A stretch of 64,000 bases of DNA from Gammaproteobacteria bacterium (GTDB lineage: Bacteria > Pseudomonadota > Gammaproteobacteria > GCA-2400775). Shown in pieces: positions 1 to 12,190 of the stretch. Each line of letters begins with the position of its first letter. Within the stretch, counting starts at the first letter, position 1. The notes below the pieces were generated by a model. It saw only the letters and a program-made list of their open reading frames with translations. It was not told where the DNA came from and did no database searches. Position numbers and translations under genes: made by a program. The stretch is taken from positions 1,425 to 65,424 of the forward strand of contig WGFU01000037.1 of the NCBI GenBank assembly GCA_015492075.1, read 5' to 3'.

Positions 1-213
1 AGTGTTGGGGAAGGGACACCCATGTTTTCAATTACCCGACCTTTTGATGGTAACCCTACTACAGTGGGAAATGGAGGCATGATTGCATTGAAAGCGGAAA
101 GTTCGGAGGCAGTGGATTCTTTTCACACCAAAGCACTATCCCTTGGCGCTGTCGATGAAGGCGCGCCCGGCAAGCGCGAAGGTGGTTTTTATTGCGCCTA
201 TTTTCGTGATTGA
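1..213 (+). CDS. VOC/glyoxalase-family protein, C-terminal fragment (5' end outside window)
   Basis: ORF is open from nt 1 in frame with the 22..213 ORF. The C-terminal GGFYCAYFRD is typical of the glyoxalase/bleomycin-resistance fold. Confidence 0.45.
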   Translation, partial: SVGEGTPMFSITRPFDGNPTTVGNGGMIALKAESSEAVDSFHTKALSLGAVDEGAPGKREGGFYCAYFRD

Positions 214-411
214 GATGGTAACAAGTTAAACTATTATCATCAGTGATTCATTCCACATAACAAGTACATTCAGCGACCGGCGAAAAGCACCATGCCTCTT
301 TATGCCTCTTTCACAGCCACTGATATAGTGATAACAGGTGTAAGAGATAGATAATAAATTTTAAGAACTGAAAACCCTGAGCTTGCAGGGCCCCATTGAG
401 AGGAAGCTGTA

Positions 412-1722
412 TTGGAAAATCATTCGCAACATAATAAATCGTCGCAGTATAAAAAAAACAGCCTGACATTGGTGGGCGCCGTATCGATGGGCACCGGGGT
501 AATGATCGGTGCCGGCATACTTGCTCTGACGGGACAGATTGCTGAACTCGCTGGTTCACTATTCCCTCTGGCTTTTCTTGCCGCGGCAGTGGTGACCGCT
601 TTTAGCGCATATTCCTATGTGAAATTATCCAATGCTTATCCTTCTGCCGGCGGCATTGCCATGTTTTTGCAAAAAGCCTATGGCAAGGGGGTGTTGACGG
701 CTGCCGGCGCACTGCTCATGTATTTTTCGATGGTCATCAATCAGAGCCTGGTGGCAAAAACTTTCGGCACCTACAGTATACAACTGTTCGATATTGACGC
801 TGGCAGTTGGATAGTACCGGCTCTAGCGGTCGGGCTGCTGGTGTTTGCCTTTTTGCTCAACATCTCAGGCAATCGTGCTATTGGTCTTTTTTCACTGCTG
901 ATGGCCTTTATCAAAATTGGCGGTATTGTAGTATTTGCCCTTGGCGGTTTGTGGATGGCTGATTTTTCGTTTGAAAGTAGTTCGGCAAGCATAACAGAGT
1001 CTTCCGCGACTGGCTTCATCGCGGCCATGGCGCTGGCCATTCTGGCTTATAAAGGGTTTACCACCATTACCAATAGCGGCTCAGAGATTGTTGATCCACA
1101 TCGTAATGTAGGTCGCGCCATTATCATTTCAATTGCGGTCTGTGTCGTGATTTACATCCTGGTTGCGCTGGCGGTAGCAGGCAACCTGAGTTTGACGGAA
1201 ATCATTGCGGCAAAGGATTTCGCCCTGGCAGAGGCGGCGCGTCCGGCGCTGGGGGATTACGGTTTATGGTTCACCGTTGCCTTGGCAATTGTCGCCACAA
1301 CTTCGGGCGTTATCGCCAGTATATTTGCGGTATCACGTATGCTGGCGATGTTGACTGACATGAAGCTGGTACCGCACCGCCATTTTGGCATGCCGGGTAG
1401 CATCCAAAATCATGCTCTGGTTTACACTATTGCGGTAGCCATATTCCTGACCCTGTTTTTCGATTTGACTCGTATTGCCTCGCTAGGGGCCATTTTCTAT
1501 TTATTAATGGACATCGCTATACATTGGGGCGTGTTGCGTCACTTGCGCAAGGAAATCAAGGCCAATGCTGTTATTTTGATTGCCGCGATTGTTTTTGATG
1601 TCGTTGTACTGGCTGCATTTCTGACGGTAAAAGCGTCCACAGACATGATGGTGATCTACTCGGCATTAGTGGGAATTCTAGTGATATTTATCGGCGAGAG
1701 AATGTTCTTGCGCGAACGTTAA
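412..1722 (+). CDS. APC-family amino acid permease
   Basis: 436 aa, ~12 TM segments; N-terminal SLTLVGAVSMGTGVMIGAGIL motif typical of APC transporters; GAGG-like RBS upstream. Confidence 0.75.
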   Translation: MENHSQHNKSSQYKKNSLTLVGAVSMGTGVMIGAGILALTGQIAELAGSLFPLAFLAAAVVTAFSAYSYVKLSNAYPSAGGIAMFLQKAYGKGVLTAAGALLMYFSMVINQSLVAKTFGTYSIQLFDIDAGSWIVPALAVGLLVFAFLLNISGNRAIGLFSLLMAFIKIGGIVVFALGGLWMADFSFESSSASITESSATGFIAAMALAILAYKGFTTITNSGSEIVDPHRNVGRAIIISIAVCVVIYILVALAVAGNLSLTEIIAAKDFALAEAARPALGDYGLWFTVALAIVATTSGVIASIFAVSRMLAMLTDMKLVPHRHFGMPGSIQNHALVYTIAVAIFLTLFFDLTRIASLGAIFYLLMDIAIHWGVLRHLRKEIKANAVILIAAIVFDVVVLAAFLTVKASTDMMVIYSALVGILVIFIGERMFLRER

Positions 1723-1983
1723 AGAGTGCCACACATAACACTCGCTCCAGCCTTCGGCTGTTCAGCCAAATAAACTAGACCGGTGTTCCTGACAATTTTG
1801 TGACATTAAAAGCAACTCACCCAAGAGAGGGAAAAGGGATAATGGCTAGCACTGGAAGTGAGAAAAGTCCTTGTCGCCTCGACCTTAACCTTTGACATGC
1901 TCGGTGTTTGGGTGCTCCCTTGAGGGAGAAGGAATTGAAGCGAGTTTTTGCTTTTACAAAAATGACAAAACAGTTATAAAACA

Positions 1984-2012
1984 AAAACGGCTAGCAAAAG
2001 CTAGCCGTTTAT
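1984..2012. terminator. bidirectional intrinsic terminator (rpoH / permease)
   Basis: Perfect 9-bp stem ACGGCTAGC-AAAA-GCTAGCCGT flanked by A-run upstream and T-run downstream. On the minus strand it is followed by TTTTGTTTT, 25 nt after the rpoH stop. Confidence 0.6.
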
Positions 2013-2036
2013 AGAGTTATGTAAGCAAGTGTACGT

Positions 2037-2897
2037 TTAAGCCATCATCGCCTTTTTGATTTTACCCATTGCGCTTTTTTCAAGTTGGCGGATACGCTCG
2101 GCAGAGATATTGTATTCCGTTGCTAACTCTTGCAAGGTCGCTTTACCTTCATCGGCCAACCAACGACGTTGTACAATATCACGGCTGCGCTCATCTAGCT
2201 CTGTCATCGCCTTGAGTAAACCGCTATTGCTGTGGCTTGCCCAGTTAGCTTTCTCTACCAACTCAGCAGGGTCTGCGTCTTCATTCGTGAGATAGGCTGC
2301 CGGAGAAAAAGCACGCTCATCCTCGTCGCTCGCTTCCGGGCCTGGATCAAATGAGGCGTCATGTGCGCTCATGCGTTTTTCCATTTCAAGCACAGTCTCT
2401 GTTGGCACACCAAGATCTTTGGCAACCGCTTTGACTTCATCATGACTAAACCAACCAAGGCGTTTTTTGCTGCTACGCAGGTTAAAAAACAATTTGCGCT
2501 GCGCTTTGGTGGTCGCCACTTTAACAATACGCCAGTTACGCAAAATAAATTCGTGGATTTCGGCGCGGATCCAATGCACAGCAAAGGAGATAAGACGTAC
2601 GCCAACTTCCGGGTCAAAGCGCTTTACGGCCTTCATCAAGCCGATATTACCTTCCTGTATGAGGTCGGCCTGCTGCAGACCATAACCATTGTAGCCGCGG
2701 GCGATATGCACGACAAAACGCAATTGAGACATAATTAATCGACGTGCGGCTTCCAGGTCTTCTTGTTCGCGAAAGCGACGAGCAAGCTCGCGCTCTTCCT
2801 CTACTGGCAAAACAGGGACACGGGCAACCGCTTGGCAATATGATTCGATACTGCCGACTGGGATAATCAAATTCATCGAGTTCATATTAGTGGTCAT
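2037..2897 (-). CDS. rpoH: RNA polymerase sigma-32 factor RpoH
   Basis: 286 aa; sigma-70 regions 2/4 and the RpoH-box QRKLFFNLR are present; located after ftsYEX as in enterobacteria. Confidence 0.9.
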   Translation of the reverse strand: MTTNMNSMNLIIPVGSIESYCQAVARVPVLPVEEERELARRFREQEDLEAARRLIMSQLRFVVHIARGYNGYGLQQADLIQEGNIGLMKAVKRFDPEVGVRLISFAVHWIRAEIHEFILRNWRIVKVATTKAQRKLFFNLRSSKKRLGWFSHDEVKAVAKDLGVPTETVLEMEKRMSAHDASFDPGPEASDEDERAFSPAAYLTNEDADPAELVEKANWASHSNSGLLKAMTELDERSRDIVQRRWLADEGKATLQELATEYNISAERIRQLEKSAMGKIKKAMMA

Positions 2898-3011
2898 TAT
2901 TCCGTCCTTCGTAGTCTGCGCATAATTTTAGCACTCTCCTACTTCGAGTGCTAATTATAGCGGAAGTTCAATTGAAACCTTAACATTTATACCTAAAAAC
3001 TATCGTAAACC

Positions 3012-3044
3012 GATCAACTATTGATCAACTATTGATCAACTTGG
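3012..3044. promoter_or_regulatory. Tandem 11-bp repeat (ATCAACTATTG x~3) carrying three GATC/TTGATCAA palindromes in the rpoH upstream region
   Basis: Sequence cgATCAACTATTGATCAACTATTGATCAACttgg lies between ftsX stop (3058) and rpoH start (2897). GATC sites are phased at 11 bp. Confidence 0.45.
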
Positions 3045-3057
3045 CGATTGTCGTGCC

Positions 3058-4089
3058 TTAAGTCGGCTGAATATCACGTAAATGGCGGCTTACCGCCAAC
3101 CAGGAGCCTCCCCAGCCTAATAAGACGGCCCCGATAACAACCGTGCCGGTGGTCGATAAATCGACAGCTAACAAGCCAAAACTGTCATCATAAAGCCGCG
3201 CCAAGGCTTTCACAGGACCACGAATCGCCAACAAAGCGATATTGATGAGGATTAAAGCAAAAACCCCGCCAAAGAGCCCATACCAAAGCCCACTGTAAAG
3301 AAATGGTCGCCGAATAAAGCCATCAGTACCACCAATCAGCTTGGTAATCTGAATTTCAGCGCGGCGGCCTTCGATACTGAGTCGTATGGTATTGCCAACC
3401 ACCAGCAATACCGCCAAACCCAGCAAACAGGCAAGCACGATAATCGCGCGTTGACCGATATCGACAATGGCATACAAACGCTCTAACCAGCGCCGGTCAA
3501 GCTGAACAAAGTCGACTTCGGCCTTCGCCTCTAAACGCGCAGCCAGTTTAGTCATAGCCTGCGTATCAGTAGCGCTGGCTTGAACAATAATGATACCCGG
3601 CAGCGGGTTGTCATCCAACACCTCGAGGCTATCACCCAGATCAGCTAACTGGCTAAACTCGATGAGTACTGCGGCCGGATCACGGTACTCAAAATCGCTA
3701 ATCTCCGCATCCTGTTTAAATTCATCAAGCAGCTTATTAAGCCGTGCTGCGGGCAGTTCTTTTTGCAAGAAGACCGAGAGCTGCGTCGCGCTTTGCCATT
3801 GGTCATCAAAACCACGCAGGTTTTTAATCACCAGATACAAACCGGTCGGCAAGGCCAAGGCAATACCGATTACCATGATGGTCATGATGCTGGCCAGCGG
3901 GGCCTTGCGTAAACGGCCCAAGCTATCAATGAAGGCCTGGGCATGGCGCAAGACATAAAGGCGTAACCGCATGCGCAGACCACCCGCACGTGGTGCGCGC
4001 CGGTGCCGGGCGCTGACGCCTTTCAAATGGGCCGATGCATGGTCGCGTCGGCTCGAGGGGCGACGCTGCTGAGACTGGCGCCGCTTCAT
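3058..4089 (-). CDS. ftsX: cell division ABC transporter permease FtsX
   Basis: 343 aa with 4 C-terminal TM helices and a periplasmic domain; 4-nt overlap with ftsE; the Arg-rich N-terminal extension may be shorter (alternative start near MRLRLYVL). Confidence 0.85.
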   Translation of the reverse strand: MKRRQSQQRRPSSRRDHASAHLKGVSARHRRAPRAGGLRMRLRLYVLRHAQAFIDSLGRLRKAPLASIMTIMVIGIALALPTGLYLVIKNLRGFDDQWQSATQLSVFLQKELPAARLNKLLDEFKQDAEISDFEYRDPAAVLIEFSQLADLGDSLEVLDDNPLPGIIIVQASATDTQAMTKLAARLEAKAEVDFVQLDRRWLERLYAIVDIGQRAIIVLACLLGLAVLLVVGNTIRLSIEGRRAEIQITKLIGGTDGFIRRPFLYSGLWYGLFGGVFALILINIALLAIRGPVKALARLYDDSFGLLAVDLSTTGTVVIGAVLLGWGGSWLAVSRHLRDIQPT

Positions 4090-4760
4090 GCCAGCACCCT
4101 GTCATCGACCAGGCGGCCTTGCTTTAAAGTCAGCACACGCGTGCGCATACTGGCAATAAGGGCCAAATCATGGCTGGCTATCATGACGCTGACGCCGACC
4201 TGGTTAAATTGCTGAAAGAGCGTCATGATTTCTGCAGACAATTCCGGGTCCAGGTTTCCGGTCGGCTCGTCGGCGAGCAATAGAGGAGGACGATTGACCA
4301 CGGCACGGGCAATACCGACACGCTGTTGTTCGCCGCCGGATAAGCGCTGCGGATTCATTTTTTCTTTATCCAGCAGACCCACTTTGTCCAGGGCCGCGCG
4401 TACGCGCCTGGCAATCTCGGCGTGCTCAAGTTGGCCGCTAACAATCAAGGGCAGCGCAACATTGTCAAACACGGTGCGATCGTTGAGCAGGCAATGATCT
4501 TGAAAGACGATGCCGACATTACGTCGTAAAAACGGTACCTGCCGCGGCTTTACTTTCGCCAGATCTTTACCGTAGACAAAAAGGCGGCCGCTGCTCGGCC
4601 GCTCTATCAGGGCAATCAAGCGCAACAAGCTGCTTTTACCGGCGCCGGAATGGCCTGTCAAAAAGGCCATTTCACCACGATCCAACGTAAAATTGATGTC
4701 ATGCAAGGCATCGCGACTGCCTTCATAACGCTTGGAAACATGGTCGAATTCAATAATCAT
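4086..4760 (-). CDS. ftsE: cell division ATP-binding protein FtsE
   Basis: 224 aa ABC ATPase with Walker [10 protein letters not shown], signature LSGGEQQR and Walker B LLLADEPT. Confidence 0.9.
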   Translation of the reverse strand: MIIEFDHVSKRYEGSRDALHDINFTLDRGEMAFLTGHSGAGKSSLLRLIALIERPSSGRLFVYGKDLAKVKPRQVPFLRRNVGIVFQDHCLLNDRTVFDNVALPLIVSGQLEHAEIARRVRAALDKVGLLDKEKMNPQRLSGGEQQRVGIARAVVNRPPLLLADEPTGNLDPELSAEIMTLFQQFNQVGVSVMIASHDLALIASMRTRVLTLKQGRLVDDRVLA

Positions 4761-4788
4761 CGAGCTAACGGCGTCTTCCCAGTATTTA

Positions 4789-5784
4789 TTATTCTTCTAC
4801 AGCCAGTAGTGAATCGACAAAGTCCTCGGCGTCAAAGAGGCGCAGGTCATCGATACCTTCGCCGACACCGATATAGCGAATGGGGATACCAAGCTTATGG
4901 GCGATGGCAAAGGTAATCCCCCCTTTAGCGGTACCGTCAAGCTTGGTCAGAACGATACCGGTCACGCCCACTGCCTCATTAAATTGCTGTGCCTGCACCA
5001 GGCCATTTTGCCCGGTCGTGGCGTCAATCACAATCCAGGTTTCATGTGGTGCATCGGGTAGCTCGCGCGCGATCACTCGCTTGATCTTTTGCAGCTCGGC
5101 TATCAAATTCGATTGCGTGTGTAAACGACCTGCGGTATCAGCCAGCAGCACGTCGATATCGCGCGCCTTGGCAGCATTAATGGCATCAAAACTGACTGCG
5201 GCCGGATCGGCATCCTGACCTTGCGCAATCACCGGAATATCGTTGCGCTCACCCCACACTTGCAGCTGTTCTACCGCCGCCGCGCGGAAGGTGTCGCCAG
5301 CAGAAAGCATGACACGCTTGCCATCGCTTTGAAACTGCTTGGCGAGCTTGCCAATGGTGGTGGTTTTGCCGACACCATTAACTCCCACCATCATCAACAC
5401 CCAAGGCTTGGCGCTATACAGCTCAACCGGCTTACTGACCGGTGCCAATGCCGCCAACAGTTCTTCACGCAAGGCCGCCAGTAACTGATCGACATCAGAC
5501 AATTGATTACGCTTTAGCCGTGTTTGCAGCGAAGCAATAATCTCCATGGTCAGCTCAACACCCATATCGGCGCTTAGCAGCCGCGTTTCCAACGCATCCA
5601 GCACCTCATCATCGATTTTTTTCTTGCCTGACACAAGGCCGGCCAAACCGCCGGTCAGGCCTTTACGGGTGCGCGACAGGCCACTTTTCAATCTTCCCCA
5701 CAGGCCTTTATCCCCCCCGCTATCTTCGGGGCGATCCTCTTCTGCACTTTTGTTTTTGAAACCAAACACCATCTTTTCACTCAA
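4789..5784 (-). CDS. ftsY: signal recognition particle receptor FtsY
   Basis: 331 aa; SRP54-type GTPase (GVNGVGKTTTIGKLA, DTAGR, TKLDG); short acidic N-domain. Confidence 0.9.
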   Translation of the reverse strand: MSEKMVFGFKNKSAEEDRPEDSGGDKGLWGRLKSGLSRTRKGLTGGLAGLVSGKKKIDDEVLDALETRLLSADMGVELTMEIIASLQTRLKRNQLSDVDQLLAALREELLAALAPVSKPVELYSAKPWVLMMVGVNGVGKTTTIGKLAKQFQSDGKRVMLSAGDTFRAAAVEQLQVWGERNDIPVIAQGQDADPAAVSFDAINAAKARDIDVLLADTAGRLHTQSNLIAELQKIKRVIARELPDAPHETWIVIDATTGQNGLVQAQQFNEAVGVTGIVLTKLDGTAKGGITFAIAHKLGIPIRYIGVGEGIDDLRLFDAEDFVDSLLAVEE

Positions 5785-5912
5785 AACTTGGCGCGTGAGG
5801 CTGCCAACACGGTAACATCACGCTTTTGTAAAGCGCACTATCCTACCATCTAGTGCCGAATTCTGAATGACTGTTTTAGTCGGGACGCTATTCCCAGGGA
5901 ACACAACGAACA

Positions 5913-7298
5913 ATGCGAACAAAACAAACACTATTGAGTCTGGGGCTGGCCGCTCTGCTGGCGGCCATGACGCCTCCACTGCAGGCAAAGCCCAGCGACA
6001 ATACCCACGAATTCATCTTTGATAACGGCCTCAAACTGATCGTCAAAGAAGATCACCGGGCACCGGTACTGGTTTCCCAGATCTGGTACAAAGTCGGCAG
6101 CACCTATGAATATGACGGCATTACCGGTATTTCCCATGTACTGGAACATATGATGTTCAAGGGCACGAAAAAGTTTCCCGCCGGCGCCTTTGACCGCATC
6201 GTCTCCGACAACGGCGGCCGCCATAACGCCTTCACCAGTCAAGATTACACCGGCTATTATCAAGAGTTTGAAAAAAGCCGGCTCGCTATAAGCTTTGAGC
6301 TGGAAGCCGATCGTATGCGCAATTTATTGTTGCCTGAGGATGAATTCAAGAAAGAAATCCGAGTCGTGATGGAAGAACGCCAGCTACGCACGGAAGACAA
6401 TCCGCAAGCGCTCACCTATGAACAATTTAATGCCGCCGCTTTTCTCAGCAGTCCGTCACGCTTTCCCGTCGTCGGCTGGATGAATGACCTGGAAAATATG
6501 ACCATAAATGACCTGCATGCCTGGTACCAGCAATGGTACGCACCCAACAATGCGACTGTCGTCGTGGTCGGCGATGTCGACCCGAATGAAGTTCACGCGC
6601 TGGCAAAAAAATATTTTTCACCCATCAAAGCGAGTCCTGTCATCGCCCCCAAGCCACGCCGTGAAATCAAACAAAGTGGCATGCGCACTCTTGTTGTCAA
6701 AGCACCTGCAGAACTACCCTATTTCATCATGGGCTATAAGGTACCGTCACTGCTAACAGCCGAGGATGAATCAGACGTCTATGCGCTGGCAGTTTTATCA
6801 GCCGTACTCGATGGCGGCAACAGCTCGCGCTTTGCAAAAAAACTGGTTCGCGGTAGTGAGGTTGCAGCCAATGCGGGCACTGGCTACAGCATGCAGGCGC
6901 GTAGTGATACTCTGTTCTATATTGACGGCACACCTGCGCAAGGCAAAACGATTGGCGCACTAAGAAAAGTGATCGATGATGAAATAGAAATACTGAAAAC
7001 AGAATTGGTCAGCAAAAAAGAGTTAGAGCGGATCAAGGCGCAAGTGGTCGCAAGTGAAGTTTACCAACGCGATTCTGTCTCATCACAAGCATCGACGATT
7101 GGAGCACTTGAAAGCATTGGTCTTGACTGGCGCATCATCGACGAGTTCGTCGACAAAATCACTGCGGTCAAGGCAAAAGATATTCAACGCGTCGCCAAAA
7201 AATATCTCATCGATGACAATTTGACCATCGCTGAACTCGATCCGCAGCCGCTTGATCATGCCAGACCTCGACGCCCTGCTGCCAACATTCGCCACTAA
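5913..7298 (+). CDS. M16-family zinc metallopeptidase (insulinase/PqqL-like), active subunit
   Basis: 461 aa; signal peptide; inverted zinc motif HVLEHMMF (HxxEH). Confidence 0.8.
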   Translation: MRTKQTLLSLGLAALLAAMTPPLQAKPSDNTHEFIFDNGLKLIVKEDHRAPVLVSQIWYKVGSTYEYDGITGISHVLEHMMFKGTKKFPAGAFDRIVSDNGGRHNAFTSQDYTGYYQEFEKSRLAISFELEADRMRNLLLPEDEFKKEIRVVMEERQLRTEDNPQALTYEQFNAAAFLSSPSRFPVVGWMNDLENMTINDLHAWYQQWYAPNNATVVVVGDVDPNEVHALAKKYFSPIKASPVIAPKPRREIKQSGMRTLVVKAPAELPYFIMGYKVPSLLTAEDESDVYALAVLSAVLDGGNSSRFAKKLVRGSEVAANAGTGYSMQARSDTLFYIDGTPAQGKTIGALRKVIDDEIEILKTELVSKKELERIKAQVVASEVYQRDSVSSQASTIGALESIGLDWRIIDEFVDKITAVKAKDIQRVAKKYLIDDNLTIAELDPQPLDHARPRRPAANIRH

Positions 7299-8649
7299 TT
7301 CGAGAGCCGCCATGACAACCCTGATAACACCTGTAAAAAAAATTGTAATGGTATTCATTGCCGTTGCCCTATTTTCCTACGCCCAACTGTCCCATGCCAC
7401 GCCGGAGATACAACACTGGCAAAACACCCATGGCAGCGAGGTATACTTTGTCGCCGCCCCTGAACTGCCCATGATCGATATTCGCATCACCTTTGATGCC
7501 GGCAGTGCGCGCGATGGTGACAAACATGGCCTGGCATTGATAACCAACGGCTTATTGGCCGAGGGTGCCGGCACGTTGGATGCCGATACCATTGCCGAGC
7601 GCTTCGAAGAGGTTGGCGCCAAGTTTGGCAACAGCACCAACCGTGACAGCGCCGCACTTAGCCTGCGCAGCTTGTCGCAGACAAAATGGCTTAAGCCAGC
7701 GCTCGACACCTTTGTCACGGTGCTAAGCCGACCGACCTTTCCCGACATCGCATTGGAACGTGAACGGCAACGCGCGCTGGTGGCGTTGCGCGCACAAAAA
7801 CAATCGCCGCGGGCCTTGGTTGCGAATGCATTATACGAGAGCCTGTATGGTGCTCACGCCTATGCCGCGCCGACGCTCGGCTATGAGACGAGTGTGTCGG
7901 TATTAACACGCAGCGATATCGAGGATTTTTATCAACGCTATTATGTCGCTAGCAATGCAACCATTGCCATCGTTGGCGATCTCGATCGTGCAGGTGCAGA
8001 ATCGCTAGCCAATAGGCTGACCGCAAAATTAGGCAAAGGAGAAAAACCCACCGCAATTGAAGCCGTCGCCTATATGCCGAAGCAAAAACGGCTACATATC
8101 GAGTATCCGTCGACGCAAACGCATATTATGGTCGGCATGCCGTCGCATGCACGTGGCGACGAAGATCACTTTGCCTTGTTTGTCGGCAATCATATATTAG
8201 GCGGTAGCGGTTTTGGTTCGCGCATCACCAAAGCCATTCGTGAAGATCGTGGCCTGGCATACAGTGCTTACAGTTATTTTGCGCCGCTGCGTGCGCAAGG
8301 ACCGTTTGTTGTTGGCTTGCAGACCAGTAATCAGCAAACGACGGAGGCCTTGCAGGTGCTTTACGATACAGTAGCGGCGTTTCTCGAGGAGGGGCCGGAC
8401 GATCATGAGCTGGCCGCAGCGAAGCGTGATATTGTCAACGGCTTCCCTTTGCGCATTGCCAGTAACAGCAGCTTGATTGACTATGTCAGCCTCATCGGCT
8501 TTTATGGCCTGCCATTAGACTACCTCGATGCATTCACCAATAAGGTGGACAACATTAGCAAGCAACAAATACGTGACACCTTTACCAAGCGGATTAAACT
8601 GGACCAGTTGTTCACCGTTACGGTTGGCCAGAGTGTCGATGGAGAATAG
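7252..8649 (+). CDS. M16-family peptidase, second (likely non-catalytic) subunit
   Basis: 465 aa; signal peptide; M16 fold without an intact HxxEH; overlaps upstream paralog by 47 nt. Confidence 0.75.
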   Translation: MIMPDLDALLPTFATNSRAAMTTLITPVKKIVMVFIAVALFSYAQLSHATPEIQHWQNTHGSEVYFVAAPELPMIDIRITFDAGSARDGDKHGLALITNGLLAEGAGTLDADTIAERFEEVGAKFGNSTNRDSAALSLRSLSQTKWLKPALDTFVTVLSRPTFPDIALERERQRALVALRAQKQSPRALVANALYESLYGAHAYAAPTLGYETSVSVLTRSDIEDFYQRYYVASNATIAIVGDLDRAGAESLANRLTAKLGKGEKPTAIEAVAYMPKQKRLHIEYPSTQTHIMVGMPSHARGDEDHFALFVGNHILGGSGFGSRITKAIREDRGLAYSAYSYFAPLRAQGPFVVGLQTSNQQTTEALQVLYDTVAAFLEEGPDDHELAAAKRDIVNGFPLRIASNSSLIDYVSLIGFYGLPLDYLDAFTNKVDNISKQQIRDTFTKRIKLDQLFTVTVGQSVDGE

Positions 8650-8651
8650 TT

Positions 8652-9224
8652 TTGGCTAGCACACGGTCTCGTGGCACATTGCGTGTTATCAGTGGGGAAT
8701 GGCGTTCACGTGTGCTGGACTTCGACGCCACCAGCGGTGTCAGACCTACCACGGGCCGTGTTCGTGAGACGCTGTTTAATTGGCTCCAGCATGCCACCGC
8801 TGGCGCTGCATGTCTCGACTTGTTTGCAGGTAGTGGCGCATTGGGCATTGAAGCACTTTCGCGTGGCGCACGCGAGCTGACCTTTGTTGAACGGTCTAAG
8901 CGCCTGGCCAGTGAGCTGCGCGCGCGCTTAAGTCTGCTCAACGCGCAAGACCGCGCACAGGTTGTTCAGGCTGATGCCAAGGCTTTTTTGCAGACCTGCA
9001 ATAAGCAGTTTGATATTGTCTTTCTTGATCCGCCTTTTTCAACTGATATGACCGATGGCATTTGTGCTACCTTGGAACAGCGCGGGCTATTGAACGCAAA
9101 GGCCTATATCTATATCGAAACACCACGCTCTGGTGAGCCGCCATCATTGCCGTCGAACTGGGCGCTCGGTCGCGCTAAAATAGCCGGACAAGTCAGCTAC
9201 CAGTTGGCACAACGACACGATTAA
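8652..9224 (+). CDS. rsmD: 16S rRNA (guanine966-N2)-methyltransferase RsmD
   Basis: 190 aa; SAM motif DLFAGSGALGIEALSRGA and DPPF motif. Confidence 0.85.
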   Translation: MASTRSRGTLRVISGEWRSRVLDFDATSGVRPTTGRVRETLFNWLQHATAGAACLDLFAGSGALGIEALSRGARELTFVERSKRLASELRARLSLLNAQDRAQVVQADAKAFLQTCNKQFDIVFLDPPFSTDMTDGICATLEQRGLLNAKAYIYIETPRSGEPPSLPSNWALGRAKIAGQVSYQLAQRHD

Positions 9225-9240
9225 GTAACGAGAAAGCAAC

Positions 9241-11684
<2,444 letters not shown>

Positions 11685-11970
11685 AGAGCACCGTTAATAC
11701 CGAACCGGCATCCCGATGCGTGAGACTATCTCCTTGTTTCGCCAAAGTGGCTTGATTCACACTTTGTCTACGATAGGATTCCTTGTTTTACCTTGAAACA
11801 AAGCTAGCTTCCCTCCCTTTCGGATCAATAAGTTAGCGTCGCCTACAGACTTTTGTTAGCGATCATGCGCCAGCGAGCGCATAATCTCGTCAGCCAGCTT
11901 GTTTAGAGTGAAATAACCCCCTATAATCAGTCGCTAAGTTTTTGTGGTACACACTCTGAGGACTCTGACC

Positions 11971-12093
11971 ATGTATAACATTTTCCCGCTGATCTTGATT
12001 CCGATTGCTATTTTCTTCGGTCTGGCAGTATTTCTTGCAGGATCCATGTCTGAATCTGCCATTGCCTCTTCGCTCGCTGATAAAGACGAATAG
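11971..12093 (+). CDS. 40-aa hydrophobic peptide (single TM), unannotated small ORF
   Basis: MYNIFPLILIPIAIFFGLAVFLAGSMSESAIASSLADKDE. GAGG RBS sits 9 nt upstream, and a candidate sigma70 promoter lies upstream (TTGTTT 11899-11904, 18 bp gap, TATAAT 11923-11928). Sits at the head of module C. Confidence 0.35.
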   Translation: MYNIFPLILIPIAIFFGLAVFLAGSMSESAIASSLADKDE

Positions 12094-12190
12094 AAATTCT
12101 TCGCGGCGGCTGACCTCAAGCGCCGCAATCTGAACTTTTTTCAGCGCTGACAACCTAAATCAAGGTTATCGGTGTCTGTCAGTATTCTTC

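Noticed and set aside
1723-1983. Possible sRNA in the 260-bp gap after the permease (CTCCC-TTGA-GGGAG hairpin with downstream T-run).
   Set aside because: The stem is short and there is no promoter or conservation evidence. It could equally be the permease terminator. Left unannotated.
2056-2738. Several plus- and minus-strand ORFs (2056..2295, 2361..2738, 2369..2617, 2467..2685) inside rpoH.
   Set aside because: They are shadow ORFs antisense to or out of frame with a highly conserved sigma-32 gene and have no RBS or homology. The same reasoning was applied to the numerous antisense ORFs inside ftsX/E/Y, ggt, the CcoG-like gene, the MFS-fusion gene, recG, spoT and others.
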